Of a DNA stretch of 64,000 nucleotides, positions 1-8,976 are shown one piece after another. The translations under genes were made by a program, and so were the position numbers. The notes under the pieces are model-generated. The model was not told the DNA's origin. It saw only the letters and a list, made by a program, of their open reading frames with translations, and ran no database searches. The DNA is from Minisyncoccota bacterium. GTDB lineage: Bacteria; Patescibacteriota; Minisyncoccia; Phycocordibacterales; UBA6065. Every line of letters starts with the position of its first letter. Within the stretch, counting starts at the first letter, position 1. Location: contig DASWWW010000005.1 of the NCBI GenBank assembly GCA_036400935.1, positions 21,068 through 85,067 of the forward strand, in the 5' to 3' direction.

Positions 1-51
1 CGACGCTTAGTCGAGCGGCGCTTTGGAAAACAAGCATTTTTAATCAAGAAA

Positions 52-156
52 ATGAAATCGATCTTTCAAAAGGTCCTCACCGACCAGTCGCTTCGCAACC
101 GAGCGGCTGTAGAGGGCATCGCTCACGACGAGGCAGTCCTCGAGCCTTGGTCATAA
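52..156 (+). CDS. Putative RiPP/ComX-like precursor peptide, 34 aa (MKSIFQKVLTDQSLRNRAAVEGIAHDEAVLEPWS)
   Basis: ATG at 52 to TAA at 154-156, below the ORF-track cutoff. Amphipathic leader-like N-terminus, single Trp at the penultimate position. Lies directly upstream of a histidine kinase and an isoprenoid enzyme. Confidence 0.7.
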   Translation: MKSIFQKVLTDQSLRNRAAVEGIAHDEAVLEPWS

Positions 157-198
157 GCACCAACTCGATCGCGCCACGCGTGATAGCATAACGACAAA

Positions 199-1725
199 AT
201 GGATACAAAGCCCCAAAGTAAGCCTCCCGCATATTTTCAGCCCGCTGCACTTGCAAGGTCGGGTATCCATTTTGTCTATGCGAAGCTTGTCCGGCCGAAG
301 GCCGAGACCGAGGACGGCAGGCGGCGCGAGCATATCCTCAACATTATCCTCGTCGGCTTCCTTGCCCTGCTCTCCTTCTTCGAAGTCATACTCCTGCACG
401 GCATATATTCGGCCGGCTCGTCGTTCCGGGGCCAATCGTTCTTGACCTTCAATGCGATAGTAGGCCTCTTCGTCGGGCTGCTCGTGCTCTCGCGCAAGGG
501 CTATGTCAGGGCAGCCGCCTACACGCTCATCGCCCTCTTCATCCTCGCGGCATCCTTGGGCGCCTATCAATGGGGCATCAACCTGCCCTCGAGCATCCTC
601 ATGTACGTGTTCGCCATAGTGAGCGCGGGCATCCTGGTAAGCAACAGGTTTGCCATCATAACCGCGGCGTTGGCGAGCGTCATCGTGACGGCGCTTCCCA
701 TCCTCCATTCGTCGGAACTGATCCAGATCGACCGCGAGTGGGTCAAGACGCCTCCCCAGATCGCCGATGCCATAAAGGACGTCGTGTTCTTCTTCGCATT
801 CGTGCTCATCGCATGGCTCTCGAACAGGGACACCGAACGCTCCCTCATCCGCGCGCGAAAATCCGAGGCCGAGCTCAAGGAGGAGCGAGACTCGCTCGAG
901 ATCAAGGTGCAGAAGAGGACCGCGGAAATCCAGAGACTCCAGGCCGAGAAGATATCGCACATGTACCGCTTCGTGGAGTTCGGCAGGCTTTCGGCAGGCC
1001 TCTTCCACGACCTGATCAATCCCCTGCACTCCCTCGCCCTGAACATGCAATCGATCGACACGTCCAAGAAGATATCGTCAGAGAATCTCGGTGAGATCAA
1101 GGACGAGATAGACCGCTCGATAGACGCGTCGAGGCGGATGGAGCGGTACATAGTGGTGCTGCGCAAGCACCTGCAGACCGCGGACCACAAGGAGGTATTC
1201 GTGATAAACGACAACATAGAGGACGCGCTCACCATCTTCAACCACAAGGCGCTCAAGGCCGGCGTCGAGCTGCGCTTCTTCGCGAGCGACAAAATCGCCG
1301 TCGAGAACAATCCCCTCAAGCTCCAGCAGGTCATTGGCAACCTCATATCGAACGCGATCGATTCGTACGCGACATGCGATAAGCGGGACAAGACAGTGGA
1401 GATCCGGCTCGCCCACGCCAAGAATCAGGCCGTCATATCAGTAAAGGATAACGGCTGCGGCATACCGAAGCAGCTTCTCGACAAGATCTTTGACCCATTC
1501 TTCACCACCAAGGCGGCGAACAAGGGCATGGGCATAGGCCTTTCGACTACCAAGGACATCGTAGAGAAATATTTTAACGGCACCATATCCATACAGGGCG
1601 CGGAGGGCAAGGGCTCGACCTTCACGGTCTCCTTCCCGCTCAAATCACATCATGAAAACGGAGACAGCGGCGATCGACAAGGCGCTAGCGGGCATAACCA
1701 GGTTCATCCGAAAAAGCCAGTCTGA
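199..1725 (+). CDS. Membrane-embedded sensor histidine kinase (about 6-7 TM helices, HisKA + HATPase)
   Basis: H-box FHDLINPL, N-box NLISNAID, G1 DNGCG, F-box FDPFFTT, G2 GMGIGL; polytopic hydrophobic N-terminus. Confidence 0.95.
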   Translation: MDTKPQSKPPAYFQPAALARSGIHFVYAKLVRPKAETEDGRRREHILNIILVGFLALLSFFEVILLHGIYSAGSSFRGQSFLTFNAIVGLFVGLLVLSRKGYVRAAAYTLIALFILAASLGAYQWGINLPSSILMYVFAIVSAGILVSNRFAIITAALASVIVTALPILHSSELIQIDREWVKTPPQIADAIKDVVFFFAFVLIAWLSNRDTERSLIRARKSEAELKEERDSLEIKVQKRTAEIQRLQAEKISHMYRFVEFGRLSAGLFHDLINPLHSLALNMQSIDTSKKISSENLGEIKDEIDRSIDASRRMERYIVVLRKHLQTADHKEVFVINDNIEDALTIFNHKALKAGVELRFFASDKIAVENNPLKLQQVIGNLISNAIDSYATCDKRDKTVEIRLAHAKNQAVISVKDNGCGIPKQLLDKIFDPFFTTKAANKGMGIGLSTTKDIVEKYFNGTISIQGAEGKGSTFTVSFPLKSHHENGDSGDRQGASGHNQVHPKKPV

Positions 1726-3535
1726 AGACGGCAGCTTTTCGAGCGACTCGGGCAACAAGAATTTTACGACGGCACTCATCCTTCTCTGCCTCAAGGGGAT
1801 TGAATCGGGCGATATAGCCAAAGGCGGGACAGACTACCTGCTCTCCCAGCGCAGCGCCAACTGGTCCTGGAACTACTGGCATCGCGGATCGCACCAGGCC
1901 TCTGCCATGCCCTATCCCGACGATCTCGACGATACGTGCTGCGCCATGGCAGCCATCTCCCTATTCCGTCCCGAGGCGCTTTCAGGCGGCGCCCTGGCCT
2001 CGCTCGCAAAGCTCTTCGAGGTGGCCGAGCATGCGGTCGGCGGACCCTACAACACATGGCTCATACCGACAAAGCCGGGACCGGACAGCCCCTGGCGCGA
2101 CGCAGACCCTGCGGTGAACGCCAATATCGCCTTTTTCCTCGGCCTCAGCGATGTCGAGCTGCCCGCCGTCATGGAATATATCGAGGACACGATTATCGGC
2201 GGCCGATACATCTCGAAATACTACCCGCCACTCGCCGTCATGCATTTCGCGGCAAAATCGTACCGCGGGAAGCTTCATGGCAAGCTCAAAAGTGACATCC
2301 TATCCCAGAAAAAATCGTCAGGCTGGCAGCATCCTCTGGCCGCGGCCCTCGCCATGTCATCGCTCCTGCGCCTCGGAGCGCCGTCGTCCAAGGTCAGGAA
2401 GGAGGCGATCGCCCTCATGAGGCTCGCCGACACGCATCAATGGGAATCGCACGGTATGTACGCCGAGGATCCGGCAACGGGGCGCGAATCAAGCGGCTCT
2501 CCCGCCCTGACGGCCGCATGCGCAGCCGAGGCCCTCGCCCTATACAAAGAGGCGCTAGTCCGGGAAGCTCAGGAGCCCCTGCGCGAGCAAAAGGAGAAGA
2601 TGGCAAAGGCCGTCGAGGCGCGAGTGCGGAGCCGGTTCGCCAAGTCATCGCCCCATGCCAAGGCGGGCATCGAGAAAATCCTGCGCAAGATCCAAAAGCG
2701 CGACGCCCACGAGCAGGTGCTGCTCTTGCCGTATAACTTCGCCCGCTCGCTTCACCCGTCGTCCGCCGCAAAGGTACCGGAACGCGTACTCGTCGAACTC
2801 GGCGCCGCGAACGCGTTCGGATGGATCGCGTACACCATATTCGACGATATCCTCGACAATGAGGGCATGCCGGAGCTGCTGCCTCTGGCGAGCGTGTGCC
2901 TGCGCGAAGTCGTCGAGATATATCTCGAGCATATGCCGCAAGAGGAGCAGCCCCTCTTCCGGGAGATAATGGACGGCATCGATCAGGCGAACGAATGGGA
3001 GCGCGTAAACTGCTACCGCGTGCCGATAAGCCCAAACGACCTCCCTTCGTACAAAAACTATGCCGCTCTTGCCGAGAAATCCCTTGGCCACGCCCTCGGC
3101 CCGCTCGCCGTGCTGTTCAGGCTCGGATACGCCAGCGACTCGTCCGACGGAACGGCCCTGCTCGCCTTTTTCCGGCACTATCTCATAGCGCGGCAGCTCA
3201 ACGACGACGCGCACGACTGGCTCTCGGACCTCAAGAGAGGCTTCCTCAACAGCGTGAGCGTCAATGTCCTGGCCGAGTGGAAGAAAGCGCACGACCGCGA
3301 GTTCTCGCTCGAGACAGAAGAGAAAAGCCTCCAGACAATATTCAACGAGAGCGTCATACTGAAAGCGATCGACGCCATCGACTCGCACTGCAAGAAGGCC
3401 CGTACAGCCGTAGGCAAGGTAAAAATCCTGGCTGAAAGCGACTATCTGATTGCCCTAGTCGCGTCGCTCGAAAAGGCATCTGCTCTCGCACGCAGGGAGC
3501 GCGATCTGGCTATCGAATTTTTGAAAAGCTACTGA
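1652..3535 (+). CDS. Fused class II terpene cyclase/prenyltransferase-like domain plus class I isoprenoid synthase (ComQ-like) domain
   Basis: QW-like repeats (SQSEDGSF, SQRSANWSW, SQKKSSGW) and YPDDLDDT (DxDDT) in the N-terminal half; FDDILD and QLNDDAHD aspartate-rich motifs in the C-terminal half. Confidence 0.8.
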   Translation: MKTETAAIDKALAGITRFIRKSQSEDGSFSSDSGNKNFTTALILLCLKGIESGDIAKGGTDYLLSQRSANWSWNYWHRGSHQASAMPYPDDLDDTCCAMAAISLFRPEALSGGALASLAKLFEVAEHAVGGPYNTWLIPTKPGPDSPWRDADPAVNANIAFFLGLSDVELPAVMEYIEDTIIGGRYISKYYPPLAVMHFAAKSYRGKLHGKLKSDILSQKKSSGWQHPLAAALAMSSLLRLGAPSSKVRKEAIALMRLADTHQWESHGMYAEDPATGRESSGSPALTAACAAEALALYKEALVREAQEPLREQKEKMAKAVEARVRSRFAKSSPHAKAGIEKILRKIQKRDAHEQVLLLPYNFARSLHPSSAAKVPERVLVELGAANAFGWIAYTIFDDILDNEGMPELLPLASVCLREVVEIYLEHMPQEEQPLFREIMDGIDQANEWERVNCYRVPISPNDLPSYKNYAALAEKSLGHALGPLAVLFRLGYASDSSDGTALLAFFRHYLIARQLNDDAHDWLSDLKRGFLNSVSVNVLAEWKKAHDREFSLETEEKSLQTIFNESVILKAIDAIDSHCKKARTAVGKVKILAESDYLIALVASLEKASALARRERDLAIEFLKSY

Positions 3536-4695
3536 GCGCCTCCCTTTCCCTTCTCCTTCCGCTTGAGGTATTTCTTGCCCTTCAATTTATCCGGCAGAAG
3601 GCTTTCGGTATCGTACATCTCATAGCCCTTCTTGTAGCCGAGATTCTTCATGAGCTTCGTCGGAGCATTTCGGATCTTGAGAGGGATCGGCAAATTGCCC
3701 GTCTTGCGGACGTCGGAGAGCGCTTCGAAATAGGCGTCGTATGCGGAGCGATCCTTGGCCGCCTGCGACAGGTACGCCACGGCGTGAGCGAGATTGATCG
3801 CAGCCTCGGGGAGGCCGATAACCTCGACCGCATTGAAGGCGGCGTTCGCCACGACGAGAGCCGTCGGCTGAGCGAGGCCAATATCCTCGGACGCGAATAT
3901 GACCATGCGCCGGGCGATGAATTTCGCGTCCTCGCCTCCCTCGATCATGCGCGCCAGATAGTAGAGCGCGGCATCGGCATCGCCAGCCCGCATCGATTTA
4001 ATAAAAGCAGAGATAGTGTCATAGTGCTCCTCGCCCTTCTTGTCGAAGCGGATGAATATCTGCTCGAACGACGATTTGAGATTCTCGAGGGTGACCGATC
4101 CGTACAGTTTTGACGCGTTTTCAAGCGCGGTCAGGGCCATGCGAGCGTCGCCGTTCGCCATATTGGTCAGCCACTCGAGGGCGTCCTTCGAAATCTTGAC
4201 CTTCGAGCGCTTCACGATAGTCTGGATCTCCTTTTCGGTGAGGCTTTTCAGAATGAATACGCGGGTACGCGACAGGAGCGCCGAGATGACCTCGAAGCTC
4301 GGATTCTCGGTCGTCGCGCCGATGAGGGTCAGCCTGCCCGACTCGACGAACGGCAAGAGAAAATCCTGCTGCGCCTTGTTGAAGCGGTGGATCTCGTCGA
4401 GAAAGAGGAGCTTCGGCCTCTGATCAAGCATGGATGAATCGTCCATAATGCGGCGAATATCCTCCTTGCCCGCAGAGACGGCAGAGAGCTCGTAGAAGCG
4501 GGCGCCGAGGGCGTTCGCGTATATGCGCGCCAGAGTCGTCTTGCCCACGCCTGGCGGGCCCCACAGTATGAACGAGAAAAGGTGCCCATCGTCGATGGCG
4601 ACGCGCAAAGGCTTTCCGGGACCGACCAAGTGCTCTTGGCCGATGAAATCCTTGAGGCTTTCCGGCCTCAGTCTGGACGCGAGCGGTTCTGACAT
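3529..4695 (-). CDS. rarA: Replication-associated recombination protein A (MgsA/RarA AAA+ ATPase)
   Basis: PLASRLRP start, GPPGVGKT, LDEIHRFNKAQQD, ATTENPSF, SAFIKSMR, SEDIGLA. Confidence 0.96.
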   Translation of the reverse strand: MSEPLASRLRPESLKDFIGQEHLVGPGKPLRVAIDDGHLFSFILWGPPGVGKTTLARIYANALGARFYELSAVSAGKEDIRRIMDDSSMLDQRPKLLFLDEIHRFNKAQQDFLLPFVESGRLTLIGATTENPSFEVISALLSRTRVFILKSLTEKEIQTIVKRSKVKISKDALEWLTNMANGDARMALTALENASKLYGSVTLENLKSSFEQIFIRFDKKGEEHYDTISAFIKSMRAGDADAALYYLARMIEGGEDAKFIARRMVIFASEDIGLAQPTALVVANAAFNAVEVIGLPEAAINLAHAVAYLSQAAKDRSAYDAYFEALSDVRKTGNLPIPLKIRNAPTKLMKNLGYKKGYEMYDTESLLPDKLKGKKYLKRKEKGKGGAQ

Positions 4696-4782
4696 ATGAC
4701 AGCAGTATAGTACGTTTGCCGGCGCATAAAAATTCCAATTTCGGCGGTTTCGTGCTATAAAATCAGGGCGTCAAAATGCATT

Positions 4783-4853
4783 GGGCGATTAGTTTAGTGG
4801 TAGAACAAAGGCCTCCAAATCCTTTGGCGGGGGTTCGATTCCCTCATCGCCCG
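4783..4853 (+). tRNA. tRNA-Trp(CCA)
   Basis: GGGCGAT/ATCGCCC acceptor stem, loop CTCCAAA, GGTTCGATTCC T-arm; CCA end not encoded. Confidence 0.93.
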
Positions 4854-5511
4854 CACATTCGTTAAGTTTCATATATTCAGAAGCTACCGATCTTAACTCC
4901 CGCGAAATCGTTACATCGTGATAGCTTACACACGCGCAACCCTGATAGCCTTCTTTCTTATACATCCCTGAAGTTTTCTTGATATAAGACTTAATAAACT
5001 GACTTCTCGGAATACCAGTCACTCCAGACCAAAAACTCAGTTGAGATTCCTCATCATGATAGGTATGAAGATGGATTTGCATACGGAACTTGTCTTCGTC
5101 AAGATCGAAAGAACGTCGCAATAGTGCCAAAAACAGCTTCATGAGGCCGGGATCAGAATTCATGAAATCGACCCCTCTGAACGGGGATTTCCTCCCTTCG
5201 CAAAAATAAAGCAGTGAACATATTAGGAGGGACAACTCATTGGCTTTCGGAATCCGCTTAAGCATCATCCGCGATCTTTTTAAAGAGGCCACTTCTTTTG
5301 CCACCCTTCGTTCTCTATTCGCTTTTTGAGAATAGAGTTGCCCAACCTTAATTTTAGTGAGTAATCTTTCTTCAGACTCCTTTGAAAGCGGCACATTCCT
5401 GACCCACTCAGAAGCGGAACTCTTAGCCACGCCCAATTCGCCGACTATCTCATTCAGGGAATAGCCCTTCCTCCTAAGCTCAATCGCCTTTAATTTCAAC
5501 TCTTTCTTCAT
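4789..5511 (-). CDS. HTH + LAGLIDADG-like protein of the tRNA-adjacent CPR type
   Basis: N-terminal HTH (LRRKGYSLNEIVGELGVAKSSASEW), LYFCEG and FMNSDP motifs. AT-richer than flanks; 3' end reads into the tRNA-Trp antisense strand. Confidence 0.7.
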   Translation of the reverse strand: MKKELKLKAIELRRKGYSLNEIVGELGVAKSSASEWVRNVPLSKESEERLLTKIKVGQLYSQKANRERRVAKEVASLKRSRMMLKRIPKANELSLLICSLLYFCEGRKSPFRGVDFMNSDPGLMKLFLALLRRSFDLDEDKFRMQIHLHTYHDEESQLSFWSGVTGIPRSQFIKSYIKKTSGMYKKEGYQGCACVSYHDVTISRELRSVASEYMKLNECAGDEGIEPPPKDLEAFVLPLN

Positions 5512-5568
5512 ATGACAAGACTAGCATTCAGGGGATAAAGAAAAGATAAAATATGCTAAAATCCGCCC

Positions 5569-7323
5569 ATGAATAAGGACCAGAATTTCCTCAAAAGCCC
5601 CCTTCGCACTTTCCTGTACGCAATTCATGAATACCGCGGAAGGATCCTGCTCATGTACGTGCTGATCGTCATCGGCAACGCGACGTCCTACGCGGTCCCC
5701 TATTTCGTAAGCAAGATCGTCGACAGCCTCGTGGAAGGCTCGACTTTTGCCGACTTCACGCTGCCGCTCTCGCTTATCGTCGCCGCGACCGTCATATCGG
5801 AAGGAGCATTCAGGACCGGCCACTGGATCGAGATCGGAACAGCTATCGGCTCGTACCGACGCATCACCACCCGGCTCTACGAGACCGTGCTCGAGAGGCC
5901 GCTCGCCTATTTCGAAGATCGGATGTCGGGCGAGATCAGCCGCAGGCTCGAGCAAATCGTGAGCGCCATCATGGGCTTCATCGAAATGCTGCCATGGGAA
6001 ATCGGCTGGACCGTCGTCGGATTCGTCACGGGCATTTTCCTCCTCGGCTCGGCGAGCTGGTGGCTCGTGCTCATATTCGCGATATGGCTCGTGACATTCG
6101 GCACGACCTCCTATTTCCTCCTGCGCATGCAGGCAAAAGCCACAGAGAAGGTGTCTGAAAAGACCGCCGATCTCGCTGGAAACGTGGTCGACGCCCTCGC
6201 CAACGTATCGCTCGTTCACGCATTCGCGGCGCACGGCCGAGAATACGGCTACCTGAGCGGGCACCTCAAGGAGACGCTCATCGCGGACAGGCATTCGCGC
6301 AACATCCTCTTTATAAACAAGATCCAGCAGGGCTGGGGCGTCGTCATCCTCACCATCGCGCTCATCTCTGCCGGAATATACCTCTTTACCCTCGGCAAGA
6401 TCACCGTAGGAGGCTTCGTCATCATCGCCTCCGTCATCCCGACCATTACGAGCATCATCTGGTCTATCGGCGAGATAATGATGAGGGCGGTCAAAAGCTA
6501 CAGCGAGCTCAAGAACGCCGTAGAGGCGCTCCGAACGGACATGATGCCTATCAAGGAAGGCAGCGAGACCCTGTCCGACATCAAGCCTTCGATTGAATTC
6601 AAGGACGTATCGTTCGCATACGGCCCCGATAAGGAAAGCGTGCTCAAGGATTTCAATCTCGTGATCCGACCCGGAGAGCGCGTCGGCCTCGTCGGCAAAT
6701 CGGGCGCCGGTAAGAGCACCCTGGTAAAGCTCATATTGCGGGCATACGATCCGTCGACTGGCATTATCAAAATTGGCGACCGCGACGTATCAGCCGTTAC
6801 CGTTGCGTCCGTTCGGGCGGGCATCTCGTTCGTGCCTCAGGATACCGCCCTCTTCAATCGCTCCCTTTTCGACAATATCCTCTATGCAAAGCCGGATGCC
6901 ACCAAAGAGCAGGTCATCGAAGCGTCGAAGCATGCCCACGCGCACGACTTCATCGAGAAATTCCCTAACGGGTACGATACGCTCGTGGGCGAGCGCGGCG
7001 TGAAGCTCTCGGGAGGCCAGCGGCAGCGTATCGCGCTCGCCCGAGCAATGCTGCGCAACTCGCCGATACTCGTCCTCGACGAGGCGACGAGCTCGCTCGA
7101 CAGCGAGAGCGAGGAGATCGTGCAAACAGGGCTTCAGACCCTATTCAAAGACAGGACAGTGCTCGCCATCGCCCATCGCCTCTCTACCCTGCGCCTCATG
7201 GACCGCATCATCGTCATGGAGCATGGCCGCATAGCCGAGGACGGATCGCCTGCCGAGCTGCTCGCAAAGGAGGAGGGCGCATTCAAGAACATGTGGGAGA
7301 GGCAGAAGAATGGTTTCGTATAA
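5569..7323 (+). CDS. ABC exporter, fused permease/ATP-binding protein
   Basis: TM domain, then GKSGAGKS, LSGGQRQR, ILVLDEATS, IAHRLST. Confidence 0.95.
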   Translation: MNKDQNFLKSPLRTFLYAIHEYRGRILLMYVLIVIGNATSYAVPYFVSKIVDSLVEGSTFADFTLPLSLIVAATVISEGAFRTGHWIEIGTAIGSYRRITTRLYETVLERPLAYFEDRMSGEISRRLEQIVSAIMGFIEMLPWEIGWTVVGFVTGIFLLGSASWWLVLIFAIWLVTFGTTSYFLLRMQAKATEKVSEKTADLAGNVVDALANVSLVHAFAAHGREYGYLSGHLKETLIADRHSRNILFINKIQQGWGVVILTIALISAGIYLFTLGKITVGGFVIIASVIPTITSIIWSIGEIMMRAVKSYSELKNAVEALRTDMMPIKEGSETLSDIKPSIEFKDVSFAYGPDKESVLKDFNLVIRPGERVGLVGKSGAGKSTLVKLILRAYDPSTGIIKIGDRDVSAVTVASVRAGISFVPQDTALFNRSLFDNILYAKPDATKEQVIEASKHAHAHDFIEKFPNGYDTLVGERGVKLSGGQRQRIALARAMLRNSPILVLDEATSSLDSESEEIVQTGLQTLFKDRTVLAIAHRLSTLRLMDRIIVMEHGRIAEDGSPAELLAKEEGAFKNMWERQKNGFV

Positions 7324-7327
7324 TCGC

Positions 7328-7918
7328 ATGACAGAAAACGAACTGAAAGCAGCCCAGCAGTACGAAGCGACGGTCATCGCGCCAGCGGCAAAGTCATCGC
7401 CGCAATTCCTCCTCTGCCCTGTCGGTCTGGTCGGAGCCGGCAAGACAACAGTTATCAAGCCTCTAGCCGAGCGCCTCTCGCTCGTCCGCATATCGGGAGA
7501 CGAGATCCGCATGTTCCTGAAGGAAAACGGATGCGGATACGAGAACATGCTCCCGATCGCGGCCATGGTCGCCAAGAAATATCTCGCGCAAGGACACGGC
7601 ATCGCCATCGACAGCGATTGCGCGGGCAACACCGGCCAGAAGCTGATAGCGGACGTCCAAGCAAAGATGGGCCTCAAGGCTGTATGGATTCACATTAATC
7701 CGCCCGAGAGCTTCATCATAAGCAAGCTCCGAAATTTCAAGCACACCTGGCTCTTCAAGGATGGCGAAGAGGCGGTCGAGAATTATATACGACGCAAGCC
7801 GCTCCACACGAACCTGACGATGCCTTTCGTGTATACGTTCGACACGTCGCGGGACGACATTGGAAAGCAGATCGATAAGGCGGAAAAGATAATCAGACAA
7901 GAAATAAAGCCGATCTAG
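7328..7918 (+). CDS. P-loop kinase-like protein (AAA_33/NMP-kinase fold)
   Basis: GLVGAGKTT Walker A and ISGDEIR; start placed at ATG 7328, after the stop of the ABC gene. Confidence 0.75.
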   Translation: MTENELKAAQQYEATVIAPAAKSSPQFLLCPVGLVGAGKTTVIKPLAERLSLVRISGDEIRMFLKENGCGYENMLPIAAMVAKKYLAQGHGIAIDSDCAGNTGQKLIADVQAKMGLKAVWIHINPPESFIISKLRNFKHTWLFKDGEEAVENYIRRKPLHTNLTMPFVYTFDTSRDDIGKQIDKAEKIIRQEIKPI

Positions 7919-7944
7919 AATAAGTCACAGCAATATCCATAAAT

Positions 7945-7974
7945 AAAAAAGGCTGACCTGAATAGGTCAGCCTT
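7945..7974. terminator. Intrinsic terminator hairpin between convergent genes
   Basis: A-run followed by GGCTGACCT/AGGTCAGCC stem. Confidence 0.65.
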
Positions 7975-7982
7975 CACGCTTA

Positions 7983-8549
7983 TCACAAGAAATAATGCTT
8001 GTGACCTTGCGGGTAGAGATAGTAGAAACTCTCGCTTCTCGCCCCGCCGATATTGCCGGCAAAGACAGTTACCGTCTCGTCCTCGGTCTGCTCCACCTTG
8101 TAGACATGATTCTTTGCATGCCATGGCCCATAAGCCACAGTCGCAGTACGGGCCATTAGGGCTTTCGCATGCGGCGTGAGTCCCGGATTGGACGTTACGA
8201 ACTTTCGTAGGAACTCTTCTTCAAGCGCGATCTGCATTTCATGCTCCTTCATGAGCACGTCAAAATACTTTCGCGGGTTGCGCTCCACGACAAGGCGATC
8301 GAAGGGGTTTTCAGATGTCGTAATCCGGTAGACAGAGCCTCCGTGAGCGAGATTCCGCCCCAGCCTCATTCTTTCCATGGCATCCAAAATGTCTACGAAA
8401 GCCTGCAGACGCGTATCGTTGAAGAAACTAGCCTTTTGCCACTGCCGAAGCGCAGAAATGATGCTTTGCGCCGAGGCGCCAGCTTCCATGATCCCGCGGC
8501 GCCGACCAAAGGCAATGATTTGGTCACGGTTAGTGAATTGAGATATCAT
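7983..8549 (-). CDS. Hypothetical protein
   Basis: 188-aa ORF with an upstream TTGACT..TATAGT promoter-like site (8645-8672) and a downstream terminator. Confidence 0.65.
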   Translation of the reverse strand: MISQFTNRDQIIAFGRRRGIMEAGASAQSIISALRQWQKASFFNDTRLQAFVDILDAMERMRLGRNLAHGGSVYRITTSENPFDRLVVERNPRKYFDVLMKEHEMQIALEEEFLRKFVTSNPGLTPHAKALMARTATVAYGPWHAKNHVYKVEQTEDETVTVFAGNIGGARSESFYYLYPQGHKHYFL

Positions 8550-8689
8550 CTTATTTAATTTGGGTTGAGTGTGAAAGAGAACGCATAGAACCGGCGGCCT
8601 ACAAGCTTTCTTTCACATTCAACCCTCAAAGAGCCCTGTCGAAAACTATACATATATTATGACAAAAGTCAATAGCTACTCCGCGAGAC

Positions 8690-8713
8690 AAAAACCGCCT
8701 TTCGGCGGTTTTT
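8690..8713 (-). terminator. rpmG terminator
   Basis: AAAAACCGCC-TTTC-GGCGGTTTTT hairpin. Confidence 0.75.
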
Positions 8714-8721
8714 GCTTTGAA

Positions 8722-8877
8722 TTATTTCTTTGATTCCTTGAACACGACGCGCTTGCGGAGCTTCTTGTCGTATTTCTTGAGCTCGAGCTTTCGCTCTACC
8801 TTTCGCTTGTTCTTGCGAGTGTGGTAGACCTCTCCGGTGGTCTTGTTCCTAAGGATTACGAGTTGGATCTGTGACAT
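8722..8877 (-). CDS. rpmG: 50S ribosomal protein L33 (Cys-free, Zn-independent type)
   Basis: Manual translation MSQIQLVILRNKTTGEVYHTRKNKRKVERKLELKKYDKKLRKRVVFKESKK; missing from the ORF track. Confidence 0.93.
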   Translation of the reverse strand: MSQIQLVILRNKTTGEVYHTRKNKRKVERKLELKKYDKKLRKRVVFKESKK

Positions 8878-8976
8878 AACTTTGATGCAAAATGTTGTAG
8901 AAGGATAGTATCACAAAGGGATTAAAACCGCAAATTTGAGCCTTAAATATGGCCTCCCACGGGCCCAAATCAGCCT

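Noticed and set aside
151-1050. Long antisense or alternate-frame ORFs (also 12169-13053, 43663-44562, 44865-45923, 47775-48812, 59370-60659)
   Set aside because: Shadows of well-supported genes caused by high GC3 codon bias
5569-7323. Dedicated exporter for the Trp peptide
   Set aside because: No C39 peptidase domain, and it is separated from the locus by rarA and a tRNA; no evidence of linkage
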